The notes: generated from the sequence alone by a model not told the origin. A stretch of 64,000 nt of DNA from an uncultured delta proteobacterium (GCA_963785725.1 CAWAWS010000039.1:608001-672000); one strand, 5' to 3'; positions 9,407 through 18,498 are shown, numbered from the stretch's first letter. Translations and numbers: made by a program.

Positions 9407-12052
9407 GTGCCCGTCAACGTGCGTCTCCTCCTACTGTGCGCGCTCTTATCGTCGTTGCCGTCGGCCATCGCCCGCGCGGAGGAGGCGCCGCCCGCGCCTG
9501 CGCCGCCACCCCCGGCGACGCTCGACAAAATGCCCAAGCTGCTGCACTTCGTCGAGGCCGAGCCGCCGGCATCGCTGGCCGAGCGCGGTCGGGTCGACGT
9601 CCTGCTCACCATCGACGTCGATGAAGCGGGGCACATCGCCGCCGTCGCCGTCGCGCAATCGGGCGGCGCCGAGTACGACGCGGCCGCGCTGGCCGCCGTC
9701 CGCCAATTCCAGTTCGCGCCCGGCGAAGCGGGCGGTAAGCCGGTCCCGGTGCGCATCACCTACCAATATCGCTTCGCCTTCAAGGCGCCGCCGCCGCCCG
9801 AGCCGGTCGCGCCTGCCGAGGGCACGGCCGCGCCGCCGACAGCGGCCGCGCTCGTCGTCGACAGCGTGCCGCTCGACGGCGTCGTGCGGCAAAAGGCCGA
9901 GCGCCAGCCGCTGCCCGGCGTCAGCGTCGCCATCGGCGACCAGGTCGTCATGACCGACGAGAACGGCGCCTTCCACTTCGACGCGCTGCCCGTCGGTGAG
10001 CACGCCGTCAAGCTGCGCGGCTCCGACATCGTCGCCAGCGACTTCAAGCTGACCCTCAAGCACAAGGTTCGGCTCGAGGTCACCTGGTTCGTCGCCCATC
10101 GCGACCGCTTCTCGTCGGTGGTGCGCGCGCAGCGCGTCGTGCAGGAGACCGTCGAGCACACGCTCTCCGGCGACGAGTTGCGCCACATCCCCGGCACCCA
10201 AGGCGACACCTTGAAGGCGGTGCAGACGCTGCCCGGCGTCGCGCGCGCGCCTTTCGGCGGCGGCCAGATCGTCGTCTGGGGCACGGCGCCGGCGTCGACG
10301 CGCAGCTATGTGGACGGCGTCTACATTCCGACGCTGTACCACTTCGGCGGCCTGCGCTCGACGGTCAACGGCGAGATGGTGCAGGACCTGACGTTCATTC
10401 CCGGCGGCTTCGGCGTCGAATACGGCCGCGGCTACGGCGGCGTCATCGAGATCGACACGCGCAAACCCAAAGACGAAGGCTTCCACGGCTTCGTGCAGCT
10501 CGATCTCATCGACGTATCGCTCATGCTCGACGCCAAATTGACCAAGAAGCTGTCGCTGACGGTGGCCGCGCGCCGCTCGACCATCGACGCCTGGCTGCCG
10601 CACGTCACGCCCAACAGCTTTCAATTGACGCCGACCTATTACGATTATCAATTCAAGCTGCACTGGAAGCCGACGTCGGTCGACGAGCTCGAGCTGTTCA
10701 TCTTCGGCTCCGACGACGCGCTCAATGTCAGCTTGCGCGAGCCCGATCCGTCGGCGTCGGCGTCGCTCGACTCGCACACGTTCTATCACCGCTTATTGGC
10801 GAAGTATCAGCACCGCTTCGGCGCCACGACGCTGACGTTGACGCCGTGGATCGGCTACGACCAGCCCATCAGCGCCAACGGCGACTTCGGCAACACCAAT
10901 ATCGTCTTCAATGTCACCAATATCGCTTATGGCTTACGCGGAATCGCCCGCGTCCCCATTACCAGCTATTTGCGGCTCGATGGCGGCGTCGACTTCGAAG
11001 GCGGCCGCTGGCGCTTGGCCGGCTCGGCGCCGTTCGCCGGCGCCACGCGCGGCGGCGGTGGCGGCGGCGGCGGTGGCGCCGGCGGCAGCGCCGGCCTCAT
11101 CAGCGACAACTTATTGCTCTACGAGAACAACACGGCCGTTTATGCCGACCTCGTATTCGCGTTGTTGAACAAGCGACTGACGATCACGGCCGGATTCCGC
11201 CTCGACGTCTATGACTTTACCGGATATCGCGGGACGCCCGATCAGTTCGACAACGTGCACGCCAATCCCGAGCCGCGTCTGTCGATTCGCTATCAGCTGA
11301 ATAAATATGTCGCGTTGAAAGCGGCGACCGGCGTGTATTACGAGCCGCCGCAGCCGTTCCAGCTGGTGAAGGCCGTCGGCAATCCCAAGCTGTTGCCCGA
11401 GGTCGGCTGGCATTACGTGCTCGGCGCCGACTTCGATATCACGCGCTCGCTGCACGTCGAGTTCGAAGGTTTCTACAAAGACCTGCGTAACGAGGTCGTG
11501 AGCGCCGAGAGCGGCACGGCCGTGCTCGTCAATGAGGGCATCGGCCGCGTCTACGGCGCCGAGCTCTTACTGCGCCAAGAGCTATGGCACAACTTCTACG
11601 GCTGGGTCGCTTATACGCTGTCGCGCTCCGAGCAAAAGGATCACGACGACCAGCCGTGGCGCTCTTTCGAGTTCGATCAAACGCATATCCTGACGATCAT
11701 CGCCAGCTACAAGCTGCCGCGCGGCTATCAAGTGGGCTTGCGCTTCCGCTATGTCACGGGCGATCCGGTGACGCCGATTCAGCAGTCCTATTTCAACGCC
11801 AATAGCGGCTCTTATTCGTCGATTCCGGGGACGCTCTTTTCGTCACGCTTACCGGCGTTCAATCAGCTCGATATTCGCTTCGACAAGACGTGGACCTTCG
11901 ATAAATGGAAGTTCACGCTCTATCTCGACATTCAAAACCTCTACAACTATCGCTCGGTCGAGTCGGTGCAATACAACTACAACTTCACGCAATCGGCGCC
12001 GGTGACGGGACTGCCGTTCCTGCCCGATCTCGGCATTCGAGGCGACTTCTAG
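9407..12052 (+). CDS. TonB-dependent receptor with N-terminal TonB-C domain
   Basis: AALAAVRQFQFAPG TonB-C motif, plug region (IPGTQGDTLKAVQTLPGVAR), and a beta-barrel ending GIRGDF. Confidence 0.9.
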   Translation: MPVNVRLLLLCALLSSLPSAIARAEEAPPAPAPPPPATLDKMPKLLHFVEAEPPASLAERGRVDVLLTIDVDEAGHIAAVAVAQSGGAEYDAAALAAVRQFQFAPGEAGGKPVPVRITYQYRFAFKAPPPPEPVAPAEGTAAPPTAAALVVDSVPLDGVVRQKAERQPLPGVSVAIGDQVVMTDENGAFHFDALPVGEHAVKLRGSDIVASDFKLTLKHKVRLEVTWFVAHRDRFSSVVRAQRVVQETVEHTLSGDELRHIPGTQGDTLKAVQTLPGVARAPFGGGQIVVWGTAPASTRSYVDGVYIPTLYHFGGLRSTVNGEMVQDLTFIPGGFGVEYGRGYGGVIEIDTRKPKDEGFHGFVQLDLIDVSLMLDAKLTKKLSLTVAARRSTIDAWLPHVTPNSFQLTPTYYDYQFKLHWKPTSVDELELFIFGSDDALNVSLREPDPSASASLDSHTFYHRLLAKYQHRFGATTLTLTPWIGYDQPISANGDFGNTNIVFNVTNIAYGLRGIARVPITSYLRLDGGVDFEGGRWRLAGSAPFAGATRGGGGGGGGGAGGSAGLISDNLLLYENNTAVYADLVFALLNKRLTITAGFRLDVYDFTGYRGTPDQFDNVHANPEPRLSIRYQLNKYVALKAATGVYYEPPQPFQLVKAVGNPKLLPEVGWHYVLGADFDITRSLHVEFEGFYKDLRNEVVSAESGTAVLVNEGIGRVYGAELLLRQELWHNFYGWVAYTLSRSEQKDHDDQPWRSFEFDQTHILTIIASYKLPRGYQVGLRFRYVTGDPVTPIQQSYFNANSGSYSSIPGTLFSSRLPAFNQLDIRFDKTWTFDKWKFTLYLDIQNLYNYRSVESVQYNYNFTQSAPVTGLPFLPDLGIRGDF

Positions 12053-12996
12053 TGCGCCGCTTGTTCGTCTTGTGCGCGCTGGTCAGTGGCTGCTCGGCCG
12101 GCTTCGATCCGTCGTCCTATTTGAAGCCGGGCGTCTTGCGCGTGCTCGGCGTCGTGGCGCAGCCGGTCGATCCGAGCAATCCATTCCAGACGGTAAAGCC
12201 CGACGACGGCCACGGCGAAGTGTCGGAGATCGCCAGCGGCGGCCAAGTGCAATTGTCGGTCATCGCGCCCGAGCTGTCAGACGGCACGCCGATCACGTAC
12301 CAATGGGCCATTTGCACCGATCCGCCGCCGCCCGGCACCGCCGACGTCAATGACGACTGCTTGAAGGACGATACCGCCAGCTTTCTCATTCCCGTTACGG
12401 ATCTCAGCAGCGACACGAGCAAAGCGATCATCGACTGGCCCGCAGGCGAGTCGATGGCGACGCTGGGCGTGCCCGACGTTTCGGGCGGCTTTTACCTGCC
12501 GGTGCGCATTCGGGCGACCGCCGGTACGCAGCGCGTCGACACCGTCTACGGCGTGCGGCTGACCTTGCCGCAGCTGCCGCCCAATCACAACCCGACCATC
12601 GCCAACCTCGAGCATGTCGACGCGCCGCTCGATGCGTCACCCGTCGACGTGACCGAGCTGTCGACCGACAAGACGAATCCGACGCCGGTTCAGGCGGGCA
12701 CCGAGCCGGTGCTGCGCCTCTTGCTCACCGCCGACTCCTACGAGACGTTCCCCGAGCTGACCGGCACGCCGCCGAACACGATGATCACGACGGTGACCGA
12801 GGAGCCGCGCTTCTTGTGGTACGCGTCGGCGGGCGAGCTCACGCAAGACACGACGGGCATGGCGGAGCCGGACACCAAGCTGCGGCTCGATCACGATCGC
12901 ATGCCGTCCGTGGGCCAGCTGATCGACCTGTGGGTCGTCGTGCACGACGACCGCAGCGGCACGGCATTCACGGAGCGCTGGCTCGTCGTACAGTGA
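12052..12996 (+). CDS. Lipoprotein partner of the TonB-dependent receptor
   Basis: GTG overlaps the receptor stop codon; lipobox LVSG-C; C-terminal LWVVVHDDRSG motif. Confidence 0.75.
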   Translation: MRRLFVLCALVSGCSAGFDPSSYLKPGVLRVLGVVAQPVDPSNPFQTVKPDDGHGEVSEIASGGQVQLSVIAPELSDGTPITYQWAICTDPPPPGTADVNDDCLKDDTASFLIPVTDLSSDTSKAIIDWPAGESMATLGVPDVSGGFYLPVRIRATAGTQRVDTVYGVRLTLPQLPPNHNPTIANLEHVDAPLDASPVDVTELSTDKTNPTPVQAGTEPVLRLLLTADSYETFPELTGTPPNTMITTVTEEPRFLWYASAGELTQDTTGMAEPDTKLRLDHDRMPSVGQLIDLWVVVHDDRSGTAFTERWLVVQ

Positions 12997-13052
12997 CCCA
13001 CCCGGCGATGTCCGCGGGGTGACTTTCGCGAAAGTTGCGTCACAATCGGCTC

Positions 13053-13508
13053 ATGAACAGCATGACATCCGAGACGGAGCTGCTGAGCTGCTTTCGCGAG
13101 ATCGATCGCGATGACGTCGAGCTGGCAGCCGACCTACGGTTTCCGCTGGCCATCGACGACGTGGTCGCTTGGTCGAGCGGGCCGCGCGCGTTCCTCGTGT
13201 TTCGCGAGCGACCGGGCAGCCGCGCGCGCGGCATCGTCTTCCATCGCAACGCCGGCGCGTCGCCCGACATGGCCGCGATGTGCGAGTGGTGCCACGTCGT
13301 GCGCGCGCACGGCGGCGTCAAGCTGATGAGCGTGCGCGTCGACGAGCGCAAGCGCGTCGGGCTCTACTTGTGCAGCGACGTCAGCTGCATCTCGCGCGCG
13401 CACGAGACGCCGGGGCCGGACGACGTGCCCGACCGCGCCGACGGCGGCGAGCGCGCGCGCCGCACGCTCAAGCGCATCGCCGAGTTCGCGTCGCGCCGCC
13501 TGTTTTAG
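13053..13508 (+). CDS. FBP_C / FusB-like treble-clef zinc-finger protein
   Basis: MCEWC...GLYLCSDVSC cysteine pattern. Confidence 0.7.
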   Translation: MNSMTSETELLSCFREIDRDDVELAADLRFPLAIDDVVAWSSGPRAFLVFRERPGSRARGIVFHRNAGASPDMAAMCEWCHVVRAHGGVKLMSVRVDERKRVGLYLCSDVSCISRAHETPGPDDVPDRADGGERARRTLKRIAEFASRRLF

Positions 13509-13589
13509 CGCGCGCGTCGCTGTTTTTCCCGCATTTCGCGCCCGCGCCACGTCTTGAGCTGCCGGCGACGCTGACGTAGTCTCGCCGCC

Positions 13590-15284
13590 GTGAAGACGCT
13601 GAAGAGGCTGCTCCCGTTCCTGCTCGCGCTGCACGCCTGCGCTCGGCCGCTGCCCGGCTGGGACGCGCAGCACCCGACGCCGCAAGGTCCGCCACCGCCC
13701 GAGCTGCGCGCGCCCGACGACAAAGAGCGGCTGACGACGCCGCGCCCGCACTTCAGCTGGCGCCTGCCGCCCGGCGAAACCGCCGGCGTCTTCGAGCTCT
13801 GCCGCGACCGCGAGTGCAAACGCGTGCTCGTCCAGCACGAAGCGCGCGACGGCTGGACGCCCGACGTCGACTTGCCGTCGGGGCCGGCGTTCTGGCGCGT
13901 CTTCGGCAAGAGCGGCGACCTCGTCGGCAAAGAGGCGACGCCGGCGCGGCCCATCGCCATCGACACGACGATCACGTGGACCGGCAAGCACGTCGAGGGC
14001 GTGTTTCCGCGCAGCAACAGCGAGTACGGCAAGCGCCTCGTCCCCAAGCTCGACGCCGCCGTCGAGCTCTACGCCAAGATCCTGAAGGTGCCGCTGCCGT
14101 TGGGGACGACGCTCGTGCTCTTCTACGGCTCAGACGAGGCCTATCTCTACAGCCACGGCCGCGGCGCGCCCATCGACCACGAGGCCGGCTTCGCCAGCGA
14201 GCAGCGGCGCGACTCGTCGGGCCAGTACATCGTTGGCGCGCCACCGACGGCGGTGCACGTCAAGTTCGGCGTCCACGACGGCTTCGACGACGATCCCGAG
14301 GCCAACGGCTTCGTCGAGGAGGTGGCGCTGCACGAGCTGGCGCACGCCGTGCAATTCACCGGCGTCTTCCACTATCACGACCTGCCGGCGTGGTGGGTCG
14401 AAGGGCTGTCCGATCTGCTGGCCAGCCGCGCCCTGCGCGACATCTTCGGCGTGCCCTACGCGCGTCAGTTTTCGCTCGCCCTGCGCTCGCGCAATGTCAT
14501 GTACCTGCACGAGACGCACAAGTTGGTGCCGCTCGACGAGCTGCTCACCTTCGAGAGCACGCGCCCGCACTCGGCCGATCCGGTGACGGTGGCCGCGCTC
14601 TACGCCGAGTCCTACTGCTTGCTCCATTTCCTCGACGTCGAGCAGCCCGAAGCGTTCGGTCGGCTCATGCAGAGCGTGGCCAACATGCAGTCGCTGCATG
14701 GCTCGACGACGCAGCTGCGCCAGCTCACCGGCGACTTGGGCGCGTTCGAGCAGCGCTGGCTGGCGGCGCTGGCGCAAGAGCCGCTCTTGCCGTGGGCCGC
14801 GACCTCCGAGCGCGTCGAGCTGCGTGTCGCCGGCAACGAGCTGGTGGTCACGGCGTCGCCGCAGCAGTTCAACACCGTGCGCTACGTCGGTCCGACCGTC
14901 GCGCCGCCGGTGCCGCCGGCCGTCGGCGACCAGCTCGAGGCCACGCTCGACGTGCACGCCGGCGACGAGCCCGCCAGCTGCCTCTTCGTCCACGGCAGCA
15001 ACGGCAGCTACGTCGCCTGCGTCGGCAACAGCGGCAACGCGCGGCTCTACCGCCTCATGCGCCACTCGGAGGTCGTGGCGCAGGCCAAGATGCAGAAGGG
15101 GTTGATCGTCCCGGGCGCGGCGCACCGGCTGTCGCTCGCGCTCGGCGCCGACCACTGGAGCTTGCGGCTCGACGACGTCGACGTCCTCGACGCGCGGCCG
15201 CCGACGAGCGGCATCGACGCCTGGGGCGTCTCGGCGTTCGACGGTCGCAGTCACTATCGCGACGTTCAGCTGAGGTCGCCCTGA
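13590..15284 (+). CDS. Lipoprotein with gluzincin-type metallopeptidase-like domain
   Basis: Lipobox LHA-C, HELAH zinc motif and downstream PAWWVEGLS. Confidence 0.7.
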   Translation: MKTLKRLLPFLLALHACARPLPGWDAQHPTPQGPPPPELRAPDDKERLTTPRPHFSWRLPPGETAGVFELCRDRECKRVLVQHEARDGWTPDVDLPSGPAFWRVFGKSGDLVGKEATPARPIAIDTTITWTGKHVEGVFPRSNSEYGKRLVPKLDAAVELYAKILKVPLPLGTTLVLFYGSDEAYLYSHGRGAPIDHEAGFASEQRRDSSGQYIVGAPPTAVHVKFGVHDGFDDDPEANGFVEEVALHELAHAVQFTGVFHYHDLPAWWVEGLSDLLASRALRDIFGVPYARQFSLALRSRNVMYLHETHKLVPLDELLTFESTRPHSADPVTVAALYAESYCLLHFLDVEQPEAFGRLMQSVANMQSLHGSTTQLRQLTGDLGAFEQRWLAALAQEPLLPWAATSERVELRVAGNELVVTASPQQFNTVRYVGPTVAPPVPPAVGDQLEATLDVHAGDEPASCLFVHGSNGSYVACVGNSGNARLYRLMRHSEVVAQAKMQKGLIVPGAAHRLSLALGADHWSLRLDDVDVLDARPPTSGIDAWGVSAFDGRSHYRDVQLRSP

Positions 15285-15462
15285 AGCCCGCGACGCGCCC
15301 GTAAGGCGCTTGCGCGCCTGCAAGGCACGACGTCGGAATCCGATCTCGTTTGCGAAAACGCAAGACGCCATGAAACGGCGAAGCCCCGGGCGGCCGATTC
15401 CGCCCGGGGCAGCCGACCGCGCGCGGCCTATTCCGTGCGCGGCGCATCGACGTGATCTTGGG

Positions 15463-16005
15463 TCAGCTGTCGCTGTCGAGCTCGCCGTCCCAGTAGACGG
15501 CGTTGCGCAGCCAATTGCGCCACGACTCCGGCATCTCGCGCGAGAACTGCAGCCCGGGCACGACGTTGGGCAGGCTCGTCGGCCGCGCCGGCGTCGAGCG
15601 CAGCTGCAGGCCCGCCTGACGCGGCGTGCGCCCGGCCTTGCGCTGATTGCACGGCACGCAGGCGACGACGATGTTGTCCCACGCCGTCCGTCCGCCGTGC
15701 ACGCGCGGAATGACGTGATCGTAGGTGAACTCGTCGCGCCGCACGTGCGCGCCGCAGTATTGGCAGCGCCCGCGGTCGCGCGCATAGACGTTCTGCCGCG
15801 AGAACTTGATGCCCCGCGGCCGCGGCGTCGCCTTCAACAGCCGCACGATCGACGGCATGCGCACGCGCCAATTGGGCGTGTGAATATACCGGTCGGGGTA
15901 CTCGTCGATGACCTCCACCGCGCGCCCGAGAATCCACAAAATGGCGCGCTCCCACGGCACGCGCCCGATCGGTTGATATCCCACGTTCAACACCAACGTC
16001 TGCAC
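15463..16005 (-). CDS. HNH endonuclease (McrA/HNH_5-like)
   Basis: TLVLN N-terminus, FSRQNVYARDRGRCQYCG, TYDHVIPR and VVACVPCNQRK; AAGGAG RBS before the GTG. Confidence 0.93.
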   Translation of the reverse strand: MQTLVLNVGYQPIGRVPWERAILWILGRAVEVIDEYPDRYIHTPNWRVRMPSIVRLLKATPRPRGIKFSRQNVYARDRGRCQYCGAHVRRDEFTYDHVIPRVHGGRTAWDNIVVACVPCNQRKAGRTPRQAGLQLRSTPARPTSLPNVVPGLQFSREMPESWRNWLRNAVYWDGELDSDS

Positions 16006-16044
16006 GACAGCTCCTTTCTCCTTTGTCTAAAGGGATATTCGTAG

Positions 16045-16180
16045 TGGTGCCTCGAGCCGGGGTTCGAACCCGGCGACACCCTGAGTGTGATAACGAGCGA
16101 TCTCAACGGCCCACGCGCGGTGGACAAGGAAGGCGAATGCTCGAGCTCGATCAGGCGCTCTACCGCTGAGCTATCGAGGC
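16045..16180 (-). ncRNA. tRNA-Phe-like body with CCA end whose anticodon loop is replaced by a 66-nt Y RNA (Ro-binding) module
   Basis: Acceptor GCCTCGA/TCGAGGC-A-CCA, D arm GCTC-AGCGGTA-GAGC, stem CCTGA/TCAGG, variable GTGTC and T arm GCCGGG-TTCGAAC-CCCGGC. The insert contains CTTGTCCAC-cgcgc-GTGGGCCG and GTTATC. Confidence 0.8.
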
Positions 16181-16189
16181 GAAAATAAT

Positions 16190-16414
16190 GCGGACGAGTG
16201 AATGAATTGGATAAGGGTTAAAGGCCTAGTACCTCACCACAGTGATTTCGACCGGTCCGCGCCGGTCTTCGACGTCCATGGCTTCGTTGCTCCTCCTCGA
16301 AATACAGACAGTATTCCTTCGTCGTCGCGCCTCGCCCTGAACGCCGAATCCTCGCCGGGGACCCATCAAAATCACTGTGGCGAGGTACTAGATGAGCCAA
16401 CGCGATCGGCCCGC
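16190..16414 (-). ncRNA. Y RNA-like gene, copy 3, interrupted by a MITE
   Basis: 5' GCGGGCCGA pairs with 3' TCGTCCGC leaving a bulged C. Removing the MITE restores a unit colinear with copies 1 and 2. Confidence 0.65.
16226..16391. mobile_element. 166-bp MITE-like element, copy A
   Basis: Terminal inverted repeats CTAGTACCTC(A/G)CCACAGTGATTT (22/23 match) with CTAG/TA at both ends; a near-identical inverted copy lies at 20043-20208; no credible coding content. Confidence 0.8.
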
Positions 16415-16438
16415 CGTCGCAACGGAGCACAAAATGCC

Positions 16439-16515
16439 GCGGACAAGTAATTGAGTTGGAAGCGCGAGTTTCCTCGCATCTTTTCTCGGAAGATAATCCA
16501 ACTCGGTCGGCCCGC
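16439..16515 (-). ncRNA. Y RNA-like gene, copy 2
   Basis: GCGGGCCGA...CTTGTCCGC terminal bulged-C helix, inner helix GAGTTGG/CCAACTC and ATTATC motif; lies downstream of Ro60. Confidence 0.75.
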
Positions 16516-16541
16516 GGCGGAGCTATCGAGACCCAATGAAG

Positions 16542-16618
16542 TGCGGACAAGTGAGTGAGCTGGAAAGCGAGTTTCCTCGCCATCTTTCCTAAAGATAATC
16601 CAGCTCGATCGGCCCGCA
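16542..16618 (-). ncRNA. Y RNA-like gene, copy 1
   Basis: TGCGGGCCGA...CTTGTCCGCA terminal helix; inner helix GAGCTGG/CCAGCTC shows a compensatory change relative to copy 2; ATTATC motif. Confidence 0.75.
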
Positions 16619-16621
16619 TCG

Positions 16622-16707
16622 AGCCTCTCGTCGGAGTCGAACCGACTTAGGGCAGGTCGCCCTCGCCGATACGAAACGGCTGCCTTCACCGGAAGGCTGC
16701 GAGAGGC
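16622..16707 (-). tRNA. Non-canonical tRNA-like RNA with 8/4 acceptor/T fold, 6-bp D stem and long variable arm; anticodon ambiguous (TCG or CGT)
   Basis: GCCTCTCG/CGAGAGGC, GCCTTC-CGGT-GAAGGC, GCCG-TTTCGTAT-CGGC, AGGGC-GACCT-GCCCT and TCGG-TTCGACT-CCGA. Confidence 0.7.
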
Positions 16708-16733
16708 AGACCGGCCATTGCGGCCGGCGTTCG

Positions 16734-18374
16734 TTACTGCAGCCCGGAATCGAGCTGCGTCTGGGAGAAGTCGTTGATGACCGCGGGCGTGGCCGTGTCG
16801 AACCCGACCACGTCGAGCATTCCACCGTCGGACGGATCGGCGATGGTGAAGCCGTTCGACACCATGGCCACGACGACGAGCTTGGCGGCGATGCCCATGC
16901 GCTGCCGATAATCGCGCAACGCCTGCACCGGATGGACCGCGCCGCACCACGTCTCGGAGTCGGTGTAGATGACGAACGTGTCGACGGCGATCTTGCGATC
17001 GCGCGCCCACACCATCGGCAACGCGCAGTCGGTCGCGCCGAACGGCAAGCCGCTGACGCGCTTCAGCGCGTGGTCGAGTCGCCAGCGCGGCGAGATGTCG
17101 AGCTCGCTCACCGCCGGCGATGACGGCCGAAACAGCCCGTGATCGCCGGTGAAGGCCACGAACGCGTGCTGCGGCTCCGTCGCCGCCGTGACCAGCGCCA
17201 TCGCCGCCGAGGCCAGGCGCGGCGACAGACCGGGCACGCCGGCGACACTCCCCATGGCCATCGACGCCGACACGTCGAGCGCCAACAGCGTCCGCTTGCC
17301 CGTCGGCTCGACCTGCGCGAACGCCGCATGAAACGCGTCGTTCAGCGCGTCGACGATCGCCGGCACCGGCTGCCACACGTGCTGCCCGCGCACGCCGTGA
17401 CCGCTCGCGTACGTCTGCAGCGCCGACAAGATCGCGATCGGATGCACGCGCGCCGCCCGCAGCTGCCCGCCGTAGCGCAGCCGCGTCACCACCATCCGCG
17501 TCGTCGCGCCCAGCGGCGCCAGCAGCCCGACGCGCGTCATCGTCGCCAAGTTGCGCAGCATCGCCGTCAGCGGCATGTGCTCCATGAGCGCCTCCCACAC
17601 GCGCGCATCCGTCAGCCATTGCGTCGGAATGCACTCGCGCGGCAGGTTGTGGGTGCGCACCAGCCGCACGACCTCGCGCACGTCCGTCGCCCGCTTGGCC
17701 GCTTCCACGGCCGCGACGAGCGCCAAATCCTCCGGCACCTTGTCCGGCAGCTCGCCGCGCACGACCCAGCGGTACAGCATGTCGTGCTCGGCCGTCGCCG
17801 CCTTCGGATGCGCCAGCCGCAGCAGATCGCGCGTCGCCCAACCATCGCGCGACGGGTACTTCACGAGCTGATAGGCCAACGCCGATGCCGGCTTGTCGTT
17901 GAACCAGCGCTGCATCGCCGAGCGCGTGCCGCGACCCCAACCGCCGAGCGCGTCGACGTACGACGCGAAGTGCATGAGCTGCGTGCCGGTGCGGCAGATC
18001 GCCGGCATCGCCGCCAACGCGCGCCGCCGCGTGTCGAAGTCGCCGAGCTTGGCCGCCATCGCCAGCGCGAAGATCGCCGGGTCGTTCTTGGGCGCGCGGC
18101 CCGCCTCCGACACGGCGCGCACGCGGGCGATGACCCGCGCGCCGTCGAGCGTCAAGCAACGCTCGACGGCCTCGGCGTTCTCGCGCGTCAGCACGCGCTC
18201 GCGAACGTAGAAGCTGCCGCCTTCGGAGCCGAGGATCAGAAAGCGCTCGAGGCGCGCCCAATCGTCGACCGCCCACCCGTAACCGCCCGCCGAATTCGGC
18301 GTCTGCGTCGCGGAGATGGCCTGGTTCTGCGGCGTCTCCTTACGCGAGAATAGCTTTCCATAATCAATCGTCAC
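16734..18374 (-). CDS. rsr: Ro60 / TROVE-domain ribonucleoprotein with C-terminal vWA domain
   Basis: NSAGGYGW, LERFLILGSEGGSFY, KYPSRDGW..RDLLRLAHP, MPLTAMLRNLATMT, LALDVSASM MIDAS, TDCALPM, YTDSETW and DVVGFD motifs; GGAGG RBS. Confidence 0.95.
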   Translation of the reverse strand: MTIDYGKLFSRKETPQNQAISATQTPNSAGGYGWAVDDWARLERFLILGSEGGSFYVRERVLTRENAEAVERCLTLDGARVIARVRAVSEAGRAPKNDPAIFALAMAAKLGDFDTRRRALAAMPAICRTGTQLMHFASYVDALGGWGRGTRSAMQRWFNDKPASALAYQLVKYPSRDGWATRDLLRLAHPKAATAEHDMLYRWVVRGELPDKVPEDLALVAAVEAAKRATDVREVVRLVRTHNLPRECIPTQWLTDARVWEALMEHMPLTAMLRNLATMTRVGLLAPLGATTRMVVTRLRYGGQLRAARVHPIAILSALQTYASGHGVRGQHVWQPVPAIVDALNDAFHAAFAQVEPTGKRTLLALDVSASMAMGSVAGVPGLSPRLASAAMALVTAATEPQHAFVAFTGDHGLFRPSSPAVSELDISPRWRLDHALKRVSGLPFGATDCALPMVWARDRKIAVDTFVIYTDSETWCGAVHPVQALRDYRQRMGIAAKLVVVAMVSNGFTIADPSDGGMLDVVGFDTATPAVINDFSQTQLDSGLQ

Positions 18375-18425
18375 GGCTCACCTCCTTCTCGATTCGTTGG
18401 TTTCGAATATTCGTTGTTTGCGACA

Positions 18426-18498
18426 GCGCCCCGGCAGGCGTCGAGCCAGCACTGCATCCTTCGCAGGGATGTGACCTATCCGTTAGTCGGACGGGAGC
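18426..18498 (-). tRNA. Degenerate tRNA-Arg(GCG)-like gene
   Basis: Anticodon arm CATCC-CTGCGAA-GGATG; the T arm (GCTGG-CTCGACG-CCTGC) and acceptor stem are mismatched. Confidence 0.55.

Noticed and set aside
16085..16150. Intron in a tRNA gene
   Set aside because: 66 nt is far too short for a group I or II intron, no bulge-helix-bulge is evident, and the insert is explained by Y RNA motifs shared with the adjacent copies.
16439..16618. CRISPR or plain tandem duplication
   Set aside because: The units are ~77 nt with end-to-end pairing and compensatory changes next to a Ro60 gene, which fits structured RNA genes better.
16622..16707. Selenocysteine tRNA (selC)
   Set aside because: No TCA anticodon, a 12-bp rather than 13-bp acceptor/T branch, and no selA/selB nearby.
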